Shown in pieces: positions 1 through 9,267 of a stretch of 64,000 bases of DNA. Made by a program: the position numbers and the translations under genes. How positions within the stretch are numbered: the stretch's first letter is position 1; the number at the start of each line of letters is the position of its first letter. Source of the DNA: Pelagibacteraceae bacterium AG-422-N09 (lineage in GTDB: Bacteria; Pseudomonadota; Alphaproteobacteria; Pelagibacterales; AG-422-B15). The stretch is taken from NCBI GenBank assembly GCA_003213515.1, contig QCMV01000008.1, positions 3,914 through 67,913 on the forward strand. Direction: 5' to 3'. The notes under the pieces are model-generated. The model did not search any database and was not told where the DNA came from. It saw only the letters and a list, made by a program, of their open reading frames with translations.

Positions 1-473
1 AAGTCATTTTTGTTTCTTTTAATAGATTGAAATTTTTTTGGATATTTTTTTATCTGCTCAATCAATGAACCAGTTTCATCTAAATTTAATGATAAAATTG
101 AAAACGAAGAATAGCTCAATAAGTTTTTTACTTCATTTTGAATTTTGTCATCGACAATTATCACCTTAGGTTTGGCGTCATTGAAGAAATATTCTAATTC
201 ACTTAGGGTATAGCCAGTATTGAGTGGCAGATAAACACCTCCAGCTTTAATGGTTGCAACGTATGTAGCAAGTTGAATTACATTCTTTTCTGCCTGTATG
301 GCCACCCGGTCACCCGGTAATAAATTAATATCTATTAAGTAATTTGAAATTTGATTTACAATTTCATTGAATTCTAAGTAAGTTATCTCTTTATTTTCAT
401 TGATCAAAAAAATATTTGGACTCGTTTCATTAGATTTGAATATTTCATCAAATAGATAGTTTGACTCAGTCAT
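1..473 (-). CDS. AMP-dependent synthetase/ligase (acyl- or malonyl-CoA synthetase-like), N-terminal fragment running off the window edge
   Basis: Not in the ORF track because it is open at the window edge. My reverse-strand translation from the ATG at 473 reads MTESNYLFDEIFKSNETSPNIFLINENKEITYLEFNEIVNQISNYLIDINLLPGDRVAIQAEKNVIQLATYVATIKAGGVYLPLNTGYTLSELEYFFNDAKPKVIIVDD... This is the usual N-terminal layout of adenylate-forming enzymes. The ATG overlaps the upstream stop by 8 nt. Confidence 0.6.
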   Translation of the reverse strand, partial: MTESNYLFDEIFKSNETSPNIFLINENKEITYLEFNEIVNQISNYLIDINLLPGDRVAIQAEKNVIQLATYVATIKAGGVYLPLNTGYTLSELEYFFNDAKPKVIIVDDKIQNEVKNLLSYSSFSILSLNLDETGSLIEQIKKYPKKFQSIKRNKND

Positions 474-1611
474 TACTATTTTCATCCAATGAATAAATGC
501 TCAACCGAGTTAAAATATCTTCGTGAATAACTATGCCAAGTCCAGCTGATTTATTTAAATGTGCTTTATTATCGATAATATCAAAAGGTAACTCACAAAA
601 TTTCTTTGAAAAGTTTATATAATCTGGAAATATTTCAGCCTTTTCTGAATTAGAAATACTTGAGCAAACATGAAGCATCGCAGATGCTGAAACGGACATT
701 GAATTCCAGCAATGTGGAGAAATAGAAATGCCATTATTTGATGCTTCATTTGATATCTTGATAATATCAATTAGTCCGCCCATACCTGAAATATCAGGAT
801 TAAATATATCTGCTGCATTTCTATGTATTAATTCTCTGAAATGGACCAAGCCTGATTGCTTTTCACCAGTTACAACTTTCATATTAAAAGTATTTTTGAT
901 CTCAGTAAGTAAGCTAATATTCTCACCGTCAACAGGCTCTTCTATCCAGTAAGGATCAAATGACGATACTTCTTTTAAAAAAGATTTTGTTTGATCTAAA
1001 TCTTTAGGTACAGCTAAATCAAGCATTAGTGGTAATTCATCTCCCACTATTTCTCTAACTTTTTCAACAAACTGAATTGAAATTGATACGCTATCTAGCA
1101 TTGGATATATCTTAATCCCCCCATATTTCTTTTCATAAAATTTTTCTATTTGCCTCAAATAATCATTTGTGTCCTTTTTTAGGTCGCTCCAACACGTAGC
1201 ATAAATGGGAACACTTGTTTTGGGGCTTTTTGTTAGTAAAGAATTTAAAGGAAGATTTTTACACTTCCCTGATATGTCCCATAATGCAATTTCAATTGCG
1301 CTTGTAGCAGAGCTGAAGTCTAAACCTCTATGACCATCACTTAATAATGAAACTTTACTATAAAATGACTTTAGTGATAGATTTGGAATATTCGAAATTT
1401 CTCTAAATAGCTCTTTTATAATAATTGCAATACCCTTTTCTCTAAGATTAATAGAGAACGCTTCTCCCCAACCTTCAATTCCATCTTCAGTTGTTATTTT
1501 TATAATGATAAATTTTTTTGTATTTGACCATTGATCATCAGGCAGATGATTATCAGTTATCCAGATCTTTAACCTTGAAAGTTTGCCAATGCTTATATTT
1601 TGATTATTCAT
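466..1611 (-). CDS. Enolase-superfamily enzyme (mandelate racemase / muconate lactonizing enzyme family), substrate unknown
   Basis: 381-aa ORF. It has an N-terminal capping region with GWGEA. The barrel has candidate metal ligands spaced as in the MR/MLE family (LMLDLA, WIEEP, TGEK) and HCW near the C-terminus. Confidence 0.75.
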   Translation of the reverse strand: MNNQNISIGKLSRLKIWITDNHLPDDQWSNTKKFIIIKITTEDGIEGWGEAFSINLREKGIAIIIKELFREISNIPNLSLKSFYSKVSLLSDGHRGLDFSSATSAIEIALWDISGKCKNLPLNSLLTKSPKTSVPIYATCWSDLKKDTNDYLRQIEKFYEKKYGGIKIYPMLDSVSISIQFVEKVREIVGDELPLMLDLAVPKDLDQTKSFLKEVSSFDPYWIEEPVDGENISLLTEIKNTFNMKVVTGEKQSGLVHFRELIHRNAADIFNPDISGMGGLIDIIKISNEASNNGISISPHCWNSMSVSASAMLHVCSSISNSEKAEIFPDYINFSKKFCELPFDIIDNKAHLNKSAGLGIVIHEDILTRLSIYSLDENSND

Positions 1612-1686
1612 TATTAGTATTAATATTAGATGGAATATAATTTAATTTGATCTTTAACATATATAAAAAAAACCTTATGTTAAGGT

Positions 1687-2181
1687 ATGATTTCAAAGTT
1701 AATACTAGGCGCAGGATGTTTTTGGGGAGTAGAAGTTCTTTTTGAAGAAATGTCTGGCGTTAAAAAAGTAATTTCAGGGTATGCCGGTGGACATACAGAA
1801 AACCCTAAATATGAAGAGGTCTGCACTGGTAAGTCAGGGCACATTGAAGTTGTTGAGATTGAGTATGATAATAGTGAAGTAAAGTTTGAGGAATTGATAG
1901 ACAAGTTTTTTTTTATTCATGATCCAACTCAGATGAATCGTCAAGGTCCAGACATTGGTGAACAATACAAGTCAGTTATTTTTTATAATTCTGATGAAGA
2001 AAGAAGAATATCGGAAAGCAAAATTGATGAGATTAATAACTCAGGCGAACATCAAAACAAAGTAGTAACAGAATTAAGAGAGAATGCTAAATTTTGGCCT
2101 GCTGAAGAATACCACCAAGACTTCATAGAAAAAAATGGTAAAGTTTGCTATCACCAACTTTACGTACAACACAAATCCTAA
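1687..2181 (+). CDS. msrA: Peptide methionine (S)-sulfoxide reductase
   Basis: 164-aa ORF with the MsrA active-site motif GCFWG (LGAGCFWGVE) and the conserved GHIEVVEIEYD segment. Confidence 0.9.
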   Translation: MISKLILGAGCFWGVEVLFEEMSGVKKVISGYAGGHTENPKYEEVCTGKSGHIEVVEIEYDNSEVKFEELIDKFFFIHDPTQMNRQGPDIGEQYKSVIFYNSDEERRISESKIDEINNSGEHQNKVVTELRENAKFWPAEEYHQDFIEKNGKVCYHQLYVQHKS

Positions 2182-2198
2182 ATTGCATTATTATTAAT

Positions 2199-2224
2199 GC
2201 TCAGCACGTTGATTTGTGCTGAGC
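2199..2224. terminator. Perfect 9-bp GC-rich hairpin between the convergent msrA and demethylase genes (likely shared transcript end or 3' stabiliser)
   Basis: gctcagcac (2199-2207), an 8-nt loop, then gtgctgagc (2216-2224). It sits in the 55-nt gap between two convergent stops. There is no clean U-run on either side, only AT-rich flanks. Confidence 0.5.
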
Positions 2225-2236
2225 AATTAATATAAG

Positions 2237-3580
2237 CTAGCCCTTTACAACTTCTCTTGTATTCGCATTGAAAGACTCAGTAAACGGTACATCAACTGTT
2301 ACAGCGTCTACTGGTACTCCTGGCTCATCAGCATAAATATCAGGTAAATGAACTTTAAATTTTTTACCTAGTTCCCATTTTGGAAAGCCATTTGCATTAA
2401 GAGTTCCATCAAAAGGTATATAACCCATAGCTATATTTTTTCCTTTTTCAGGATGATACCAAGGTGAAGTAATAAAGCCACATGGGTCTCCACCTTCACC
2501 AGGAGACACAAGCCAAAAATCAGGCGCATACTCATCAATTGGTTTGCCACCAATTTCAAATCCTACCAATTGTAACTTGTACGGCTTATGACCATCTTTC
2601 AAGTCAGTCTTCATCTTTTCAAGCGCTTGCTTACCGATATAATCACCTTTTTTCTCCCACTCACCTTTTCCAGATAAAGAAACTTGATAGCCAAGATTGC
2701 ATTGGAAAGGATTGTGTTCATGATCTAAGTCCTGACCCCAAGATAATATGCCTGCTTGTATTCTTCTGTGGTGAGCAGGCGCTATAACCATTAGATTATG
2801 TTTCTTTCCTGCTTCCAAAACAGCGTCCCACATATCGTCGGCATAGAGCGTCGCATTTCGTAAATAAATTTCATAACCAGACTCGCCAGAGAAACCAGTT
2901 TGAGAAATCACACAACTTCTTCCACCAACTTTAACTTCTGCTAGACCATAGAAAGGAATATTATCAAGATCAACTTGATCACCCACTAGGTCTTTCATCA
3001 AGGCAATGGCTTTTGGTCCTTGAATCTGAACAGGGCACGCATCAATTTCATCAATTTCCACATCGAATTTTTTATCAGCGTTTACACCTTGTAAATAAAG
3101 TCCAATATCAGAGTCTGACAAACTAAACCAAAACTCATCTTTCGAGATTCTTAAGAGAATAGGATCGTTTAAGACTCCACCCTTATAGTTACATAATATT
3201 ACGTACCTAGCTCTTAATGGGGATATCTTTGTGGCATCCCTTGTAATTACATAGTCTGTAAATTTTTCAGCATCTGGACCAATTACACGTATTTGTCTCT
3301 CAACTGCAACATTCCACATAGTCACGTGGTTTTTAATTGCTTCATATTCAACCATTGCTCCACCATCTTCTGGCTTTACATAACCCCTGGGATGATAAAT
3401 ACGGTTATAAACTGTTGCTCTCCAGCAACCTGCTTCCATTGACTTATGCCAGTATGGTGACTTTCTCACACGAGTTGAAATCAACATTTCAACTTTCGTT
3501 GGTCCACTTTGGCGTAAATTGTAAGGAACATGTCTGTCGCTTTGATCAACAGTAGTGTTATGTTCTATTTTTTTAGACAT
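2237..3580 (-). CDS. GcvT/DmdA-family tetrahydrofolate-dependent aminomethyltransferase/demethylase, long form, substrate unknown
   Basis: 447-aa ORF. Core segments resemble DmdA/GcvT: SPYWHKSMEAG..ATVYN, HVTMWNVAVERQIRVIGPDAEKF, QIQGPKA and GFSGESGYEIY. It has an N-terminal extension and extra C-terminal segments compared with the ~370-aa DmdA. Its start overlaps the upstream MTHFR-like stop by 8 nt. Confidence 0.75.
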   Translation of the reverse strand: MSKKIEHNTTVDQSDRHVPYNLRQSGPTKVEMLISTRVRKSPYWHKSMEAGCWRATVYNRIYHPRGYVKPEDGGAMVEYEAIKNHVTMWNVAVERQIRVIGPDAEKFTDYVITRDATKISPLRARYVILCNYKGGVLNDPILLRISKDEFWFSLSDSDIGLYLQGVNADKKFDVEIDEIDACPVQIQGPKAIALMKDLVGDQVDLDNIPFYGLAEVKVGGRSCVISQTGFSGESGYEIYLRNATLYADDMWDAVLEAGKKHNLMVIAPAHHRRIQAGILSWGQDLDHEHNPFQCNLGYQVSLSGKGEWEKKGDYIGKQALEKMKTDLKDGHKPYKLQLVGFEIGGKPIDEYAPDFWLVSPGEGGDPCGFITSPWYHPEKGKNIAMGYIPFDGTLNANGFPKWELGKKFKVHLPDIYADEPGVPVDAVTVDVPFTESFNANTREVVKG

Positions 3581-4313
3581 AGTAGTTCTCCTTTTCTAAC
3601 CATTCGTTTGCTTTTTTTATTCCACCAAACGCATAAATGTGAAAATGTTCAACGTTCTCTTTTAATTCTTGAATTACATCATCAGGTGTCTGAACAGTCA
3701 ATAAATCAAAAATTTTAGATGCATTTTTTTTTGCGAAATTAAGCGTATTCTTTAATCCAACAAATCCAGCGAATTTTACTAGTGTCTTCATAGAAGCCGG
3801 GCCCGCAACGCCTACATGAACAGGAAGTGGTGCTCCAGAAATAAAAGACGATAATGCGTCTGTATCTTGTGTCCACTGTGTTACAATATAGTCAGCAAAT
3901 GGGGCCTTTGATTTCATTGCTTCTTCAATAGCTGCATCGCTCATATTTGGAGATCCCTCAGGATGACCAGCAATACCTATTTTCATTCCATCAAACAATC
4001 CAGTTTCTATAAGTTGTAGTGAACAATGATATTTTCCTAAAATATCTCGATCCCCACCAATTATTAAAACTTGTTTAACTCCAGCTTCTTTAACTTGCTC
4101 TATATATGATTTTAACATATCTGAGTCAGTAATTGAGCGAGCTGGAAAGTGAGGAATGGGATTATAACCTGCACTAGCTAACGCTTTGGTTTGTTCAATA
4201 ACGTCAAGATAACTTGTGCCAGGCAAAAATGTAATATAAATGTCATTGAGTTTAGGCAAATCAGATAGATTTGTTCTTGTAGTAACTTCCAATGAAAAAT
4301 TTACATTTCCCAT
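3573..4313 (-). CDS. Methylenetetrahydrofolate reductase (MTHFR/MetF) family protein, short form
   Basis: 246-aa ORF with MetF-like layout: FSLEV...P, a LIIGGD-type segment (VLIIGGDRD), GIAGHPEGSP and a C-terminal HFHIYAFGG. It is translationally coupled to the downstream GcvT-like gene. Confidence 0.7.
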   Translation of the reverse strand: MGNVNFSLEVTTRTNLSDLPKLNDIYITFLPGTSYLDVIEQTKALASAGYNPIPHFPARSITDSDMLKSYIEQVKEAGVKQVLIIGGDRDILGKYHCSLQLIETGLFDGMKIGIAGHPEGSPNMSDAAIEEAMKSKAPFADYIVTQWTQDTDALSSFISGAPLPVHVGVAGPASMKTLVKFAGFVGLKNTLNFAKKNASKIFDLLTVQTPDDVIQELKENVEHFHIYAFGGIKKANEWLEKENYYV

Positions 4314-4336
4314 AATGCTGTAAATGAGTGTACCGC

Positions 4337-4386
4337 TTAAGCCACGCGAATTTTCAATTGCACTGCTTGGCTTAATTTTGCAGCGC
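4337..4386 (-). promoter_or_regulatory. Candidate pseudoknotted leader RNA or operator upstream of the MTHFR-like/demethylase operon
   Basis: Stem A pairs 4360-4366 (gcactgc) with 4380-4386 (gcagcgc). On the minus strand this gives a G-U pair, on the plus strand an A-C mismatch. The loop of stem A contains tggcttaa (4368-4375), which is perfectly complementary to ttaagcca (4337-4344). That gives H-type pseudoknot topology ending 23 nt before the ATG at 4313. The region is locally GC-rich. Confidence 0.3.
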
Positions 4387-4503
4387 TATTTGAGTCTCCT
4401 AAAACAAAATTTAAGTAAAAATTTGTTCTATAGCAATACATTTTTGTAGACTCCTATCTGTAAAGTTCTTAAGTTGTCTAGGTTTTTAATATTAGTATTA
4501 TTT

Positions 4504-6171
4504 ATGGCTGTACTCTCAGATATTGAAATTGCTAGAGAAAATAGCATGGCTCCTATTGAAGAAATTGCTTCAAAATTAGACTTGAAAGATCAAAATCTCC
4601 AAAAATTTGGACACCACATTGCTAAAATTGATACTCAAAATATAGAAAGTAATAACAAGAACGGAAAACTCATTTTAGTGACAGCCATTTCACCTACCCC
4701 AGCGGGCGAAGGAAAGACTACTACATCAGTCGGTCTTAGTGATGGCTTAAATAAAATTGGAAAACAGTCATTGGTATGCTTGAGAGAACCTAGTTTAGGA
4801 CCTTGCTTTGGTGTCAAAGGGGGTGCTGCAGGAGGCGGTTACGCCCAAGTAGTACCAATGGATAAAATTAATTTACATTTCACAGGTGATTTCCATGCGA
4901 TCACATCAGCACATAACCTCCTTGCATCGATGATTGATAACCATATTTATTGGGGAAACGATTTAGGAATTGATACAAGAAGAGTGGTTTGGGGACGTGT
5001 TGTAGATTTAAATGATCGTGCTTTAAGAAATATTAATGTTAATTTAGGCGGTATAGCCAACGGATACCCACGTGAGGATAAATTCGATATTACTGTTGCA
5101 TCTGAAGTGATGGCAATTTTTTGTTTATCTACAAGTTTAGACGATTTACAAAATAGACTTGGGAATATCATTGTTGGTTATACAAGGGAGAAGAAAGAAA
5201 TTACGGCGCGAGACTTAAATGCAGACGGCGCGATGACTACTTTGCTAAAAGATGCTTTCTTACCTAATCTTGTTCAAACACTGGAGAAAAATCCTGCTAT
5301 CATTCATGGGGGTCCTTTTGCAAATATCGCCCATGGATGCAATTCTTTAGTTGCTACTCAAACTGCTCTTAAATTAAGTGATTATGTTGTAACAGAAGCA
5401 GGCTTTGGTGCAGATCTTGGAGCAGAAAAATTTTTAGACATAAAGTGCCGTAAAGGAAAATTAAATCCTTCAGCAATAGTAATAGTTGCAACAGTTCGAG
5501 CGTTAAAAATGCATGGCGGTATGGATAAAAAAGAATTAAAAAATGAAAATGTTGAAGCTGTAAAAAAAGGTTTATCAAATTTGAAGCAGCACATTGCAAA
5601 TATGCAAATGTATGGGGCGCCTGTTACAGTTGCTATTAATCATTTCATATCTGACAGTGATAAAGAATTGTCAGCAATCAGCGATTGCTGTGACTCATTA
5701 AATGTAAAGTCATTTAATTGCACACATTGGAGCAATGGTGGTGCAGGCACAGAGGACCTAGCAAAGCACATAGTTGAAATTACTGAGCAAAATGCTCCAA
5801 AGATAAAGCACCTGTATCCGGACGAAATGAAATTGTGGGATAAGATGAAAAAAATTGCACAAGAAATATATGGAGCGAGCGATATTATTGCTGACCAAAA
5901 AATAAGAATGCAGTTTGACGACTTGGAGGAAAAATATGGCCATTACCCAATATGTGTAGCTAAAACTCAATACAGCTTCTCAACTGATCCAAATCTAAGA
6001 GGCGCTCCAAAAGACCATGTAGTTCCTATCAGAGAAGTTAGACTAGCAGCGGGTGCAGAATTTCTTGTAGTTGTATGCGATAAGATTATGACTATGCCAG
6101 GTCTGCCTAGAGTTCCAGCTGCAAATGCTATACACTTAAATAAAAATGGCGACATAGAAGGATTGTTTTAA
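4504..6171 (+). CDS. fhs: Formate--tetrahydrofolate ligase
   Basis: [10 protein letters not shown] nucleotide-binding motif, with Fhs-like sequence throughout. The ORF track starts at TTG 4474. I prefer ATG 4504 ([12 protein letters not shown]...), which matches the usual Fhs N-terminus. Confidence 0.92.
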   Translation: MAVLSDIEIARENSMAPIEEIASKLDLKDQNLQKFGHHIAKIDTQNIESNNKNGKLILVTAISPTPAGEGKTTTSVGLSDGLNKIGKQSLVCLREPSLGPCFGVKGGAAGGGYAQVVPMDKINLHFTGDFHAITSAHNLLASMIDNHIYWGNDLGIDTRRVVWGRVVDLNDRALRNINVNLGGIANGYPREDKFDITVASEVMAIFCLSTSLDDLQNRLGNIIVGYTREKKEITARDLNADGAMTTLLKDAFLPNLVQTLEKNPAIIHGGPFANIAHGCNSLVATQTALKLSDYVVTEAGFGADLGAEKFLDIKCRKGKLNPSAIVIVATVRALKMHGGMDKKELKNENVEAVKKGLSNLKQHIANMQMYGAPVTVAINHFISDSDKELSAISDCCDSLNVKSFNCTHWSNGGAGTEDLAKHIVEITEQNAPKIKHLYPDEMKLWDKMKKIAQEIYGASDIIADQKIRMQFDDLEEKYGHYPICVAKTQYSFSTDPNLRGAPKDHVVPIREVRLAAGAEFLVVVCDKIMTMPGLPRVPAANAIHLNKNGDIEGLF

Positions 6172-7814
6172 TGGCTCACATGTATGATACAAATTTAGAC
6201 AAAAACGATGCAAATTTTACACCGTTGTCTCCTTTAAGTTTTCTCATACGGGCAGCGGAAGTTTATCCAAACAGAACTTCGATTATACATGGCAAAAAAC
6301 AATTTACATGGTCTGAGACATATAAAAGAAGCAAACAACTTGCGAGCGCACTTTCTAAAAGAGGTATAGGAAAGGGAGATACTGTTGCGGTTCTTTGTTT
6401 TAATACTCCTGAAATATATGAGACACATTTTGGTGTTCCGATGATAGGCGCTGTATTAAATACGATAAACATCAGATTAGATGTAGATACAATTAGCTAT
6501 ATTCTTGAGCACGGTGAAGCAAAAGCATTGATTACTGACAATGAGCTTTCACCGACGATAAAACAAGTACTCGATAAGATAAAAAATAAAATTCTTGTAA
6601 TAGATATTGATGATGAACTAGCAAATCATCCTGAGGGAGCTGGAGAGAATCTTGGAGAAATTAATTATGAGGATTTTCTTTTAACAGGTGACAGTGATCT
6701 CGAATGGAGTTTGCCAGATGATGAATGGCAATCATTAGCGCTCAACTATACGTCTGGCACTACAGGATTACCAAAAGGGGTTGTTTATCATCATAGAGGC
6801 TCATACTTGATGGCACTTGGATCTGTTACTGCTTTTAGCATGCCAATGCATCCTACTTATATGTGGGTTGTTCCAATGTTTCATTGTAATGGTTGGGGTA
6901 ATCCCTACACGCTTACAGCCCTAGCAGGCACAAGTGTATGCCTTAGATATGTTTCAGCTAAAAATATGTTTGATGCTATTGCAGATCATAAAGTAACTCA
7001 TTTTGGTGGCGCACCAATTGTTCTAAATTTTCTAGCACAAGCAACAGCTGAGGAAAAAAGAGAATACTCTCAACAAGTATATGTAGTCACAGCAGGAGCT
7101 CCTCCACCCGCAGCCACATTAGAAGCGGTTCAAAAAATGGGTTTTGACGTTACTCATGTTTATGGACTGACTGAAACATACGGACATATTTCATTATGCG
7201 CATGGCAGGATGAATGGAATGAGCTATCAGTTGAAGAACAGTCAAAGCTTAGATCAAGGCAGGGCGTAAAGTTTCCAATGATGGATGGCCTAGCAATTAT
7301 GAACCCTGAGACTATGGAGCACGTTAAGAATGACGGTGAAGAAATAGGTGAGATTATGATACGCGGCAACTGTGTAATGAAGGGATATTTAAAAAATAAG
7401 GAAGAAACAGATAAAGCTATGGCAGGAGGCTGGTTTCACTCAGGTGATCTGGCTGTAATGCATCCTAATGGTTACATTCAAATAAAAGATAGAAGCAAAG
7501 ATATAATCATCTCTGGTGGTGAAAATGTCTCATCAGTTGAAATAGAAAATACACTTTATAAACATCCATCTGTATTATTTGCTGCAGTGGTTGCAAAACC
7601 AGATGAAAAATGGGGTGAAACACCATGTGCTTTTATCGAATTAAAAGATCAAAATGATAGCGTGAGTGAAGGCGATATTATTTCGTTTTGTAAAGAAACT
7701 CTTGCTGGCTTTAAGTGTCCTAAAAAAGTCGTTTTTACTGAACTACCAAAAACTTCAACAGGTAAGATATTAAAATACGAACTGAGAGAAATGGCTAAAA
7801 CCGCCGACGCTTAA
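6171..7814 (+). CDS. AMP-forming acyl-CoA synthetase (short/medium-chain, AAE7/ACN1-like subfamily)
   Basis: 547-aa ORF. The N-terminus FTPLSPLSFLIRAAEVYPNRTSIIHG is typical of this subfamily. It has the AMP-binding motif YTSGTTGLPKGV and later GEI..RG, GWFHSGD, and a KILK at the C-terminus. The ATG shares one base with the fhs TAA (TAATG). Confidence 0.85.
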   Translation: MAHMYDTNLDKNDANFTPLSPLSFLIRAAEVYPNRTSIIHGKKQFTWSETYKRSKQLASALSKRGIGKGDTVAVLCFNTPEIYETHFGVPMIGAVLNTINIRLDVDTISYILEHGEAKALITDNELSPTIKQVLDKIKNKILVIDIDDELANHPEGAGENLGEINYEDFLLTGDSDLEWSLPDDEWQSLALNYTSGTTGLPKGVVYHHRGSYLMALGSVTAFSMPMHPTYMWVVPMFHCNGWGNPYTLTALAGTSVCLRYVSAKNMFDAIADHKVTHFGGAPIVLNFLAQATAEEKREYSQQVYVVTAGAPPPAATLEAVQKMGFDVTHVYGLTETYGHISLCAWQDEWNELSVEEQSKLRSRQGVKFPMMDGLAIMNPETMEHVKNDGEEIGEIMIRGNCVMKGYLKNKEETDKAMAGGWFHSGDLAVMHPNGYIQIKDRSKDIIISGGENVSSVEIENTLYKHPSVLFAAVVAKPDEKWGETPCAFIELKDQNDSVSEGDIISFCKETLAGFKCPKKVVFTELPKTSTGKILKYELREMAKTADA

Positions 7815-9262
7815 GAAAAATGAATAGAATCATCGTTTAGTCGGCCAAATTTAATACCAAAGAAATCTTTAAAATAATTTTGTGTATTGATCCATGGTGA
7901 CCTGCTGCCTTGTTGGGGGAATAAATGAATAGCTCGATGTATGTATCCTGAGGAAAACTCAGTCGCGAGCCAATCTTTTTCAGCTTTCACATCCACTGGA
8001 ACCCTTGGTACACAATGGCTGTAGTTATTCTGATCAAGATAGTTAATTAATCTACAAGCATATTCACAGGTTAAATCTGCTTTCAAGGTCCAAGATGCAT
8101 TAATATAACCAAAAGAATTTACGAAATTTGGAATACCGCTGAACATCATACTTTTATAAGTCATTGTTTCAGAAGGCTCGACCAATTTGCCGTCGATATG
8201 AACTTGAACACCACCAAAAGATTGTAAGTTTAAACCTGTAGCTGTTACGACAACATCAGCTTCAATATTTTGCCCTGATTTTAGCTTTATGCCCTTGCTA
8301 GTAAACCTATCGATATGATCTGTAACGACTGACGCTCTATTGTCTCTTATAGACTCAAACAAATCGCCATTTGGAATAAGACACATTCTCTGTTCCCATG
8401 GATAATATCGCGGAGTAAAATGTTTTGAAATATCGTGATTAGGCAATAATTCTTTAACTCCATTTATGAGCTTTCGTTTTACATATTTTGGATATGATCT
8501 ACAAATTCTGTAGAGAAGCTGCTGAAAGAATACATTTCGTAACCTAACAAGAGTGTAAGACATTTTTTGTGGTAAAACTTTTTTTAAAAAATTTGCAAAT
8601 CTATCTTCATCTGGACTTGGAAAATAATATGTTGGTGAGCGTTGTAACATCGTTACGTGTTTAGCTTTTTTTGATAGTTCGGGAACTATAGTTGCTGCTG
8701 TTGCACCACTACCGATAACAACCATTTTCTTATCTGTGTAGTCAAAATCTTCAGGCCACTTCTGAGGATGTATTAATTTACCTTCGTACTTGTCTAGGTC
8801 ATCAAATTCAGGTGTGTATCCTTCATCATAATTATAGTATCCTGTCCCCATGAATAGAAAATTTGCTGTTAATAATATTTCTTGCTCATGATGAGCAGCT
8901 CTTACTTCCCAATTTCGCTCTGCTGAATTCCAGTTTGCGCTTAAGACTTTGTGACTAAATTTTATTTTTTCGCGTAAATTATTTTCTTCAACTGTTTCTT
9001 CTAAATAACTTAAGATGGAAGGTCCGTTTGCAATTGTTTTTTGCTCTTTCCATGGCTTAAATGCATACCCGAGTGTAAACATATCGGAGTCTGATCTTAT
9101 TCCTGGATATTTAAATAAGTCCCATGTACCGCCTATATTCTCTCTCCCTTCAATAATACAAAAGGATTTATTAGGACAATTTTTTTTTAAGTAATATCCA
9201 GCTCCTATACCCGAGATTCCAGCGCCAATTACAATTACATTAAAATGATTACTATTTTCCAT
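7811..9262 (-). CDS. FAD-dependent Baeyer-Villiger-type monooxygenase (EthA-like flavin-containing monooxygenase)
   Basis: 483-aa ORF. It has an FAD dinucleotide fold (VIGAGISGIGAG) and GGTWDLFKYPGIRSDS. It carries the BVMO fingerprint FxGxxxHxxxW(P/D) as YEGKLIHPQKWP, and a second Rossmann motif VIGSGATA. Confidence 0.8.
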   Translation of the reverse strand: MENSNHFNVIVIGAGISGIGAGYYLKKNCPNKSFCIIEGRENIGGTWDLFKYPGIRSDSDMFTLGYAFKPWKEQKTIANGPSILSYLEETVEENNLREKIKFSHKVLSANWNSAERNWEVRAAHHEQEILLTANFLFMGTGYYNYDEGYTPEFDDLDKYEGKLIHPQKWPEDFDYTDKKMVVIGSGATAATIVPELSKKAKHVTMLQRSPTYYFPSPDEDRFANFLKKVLPQKMSYTLVRLRNVFFQQLLYRICRSYPKYVKRKLINGVKELLPNHDISKHFTPRYYPWEQRMCLIPNGDLFESIRDNRASVVTDHIDRFTSKGIKLKSGQNIEADVVVTATGLNLQSFGGVQVHIDGKLVEPSETMTYKSMMFSGIPNFVNSFGYINASWTLKADLTCEYACRLINYLDQNNYSHCVPRVPVDVKAEKDWLATEFSSGYIHRAIHLFPQQGSRSPWINTQNYFKDFFGIKFGRLNDDSIHFS

Positions 9263-9267
9263 TGATA

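Noticed and set aside
1672-1686. 6-bp hairpin (acctta tgt taaggt), preceded by A8, immediately before the msrA ATG. It could be an SD-sequestering structure or a minus-strand terminator.
   Set aside because: The stem is short and AT-rich with a 3-nt loop. No minus-strand gene ends here, and it is easily produced by chance in this composition.
4474-4503. Upstream-extended start codons in the ORF track: fhs TTG 4474, DUF1254-like 12177, ferredoxin 13099, epimerase 14255, dehalogenase 18650, HCCA-isomerase-like 21836, SDR 23287 and monooxygenase 28382.
   Set aside because: The extensions add hydrophobic or low-complexity residues that are absent from the family N-termini, or they run into the neighbouring gene. 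Internal ATG or SD-preceded starts give canonical N-termini and the overlap patterns seen elsewhere in the window.
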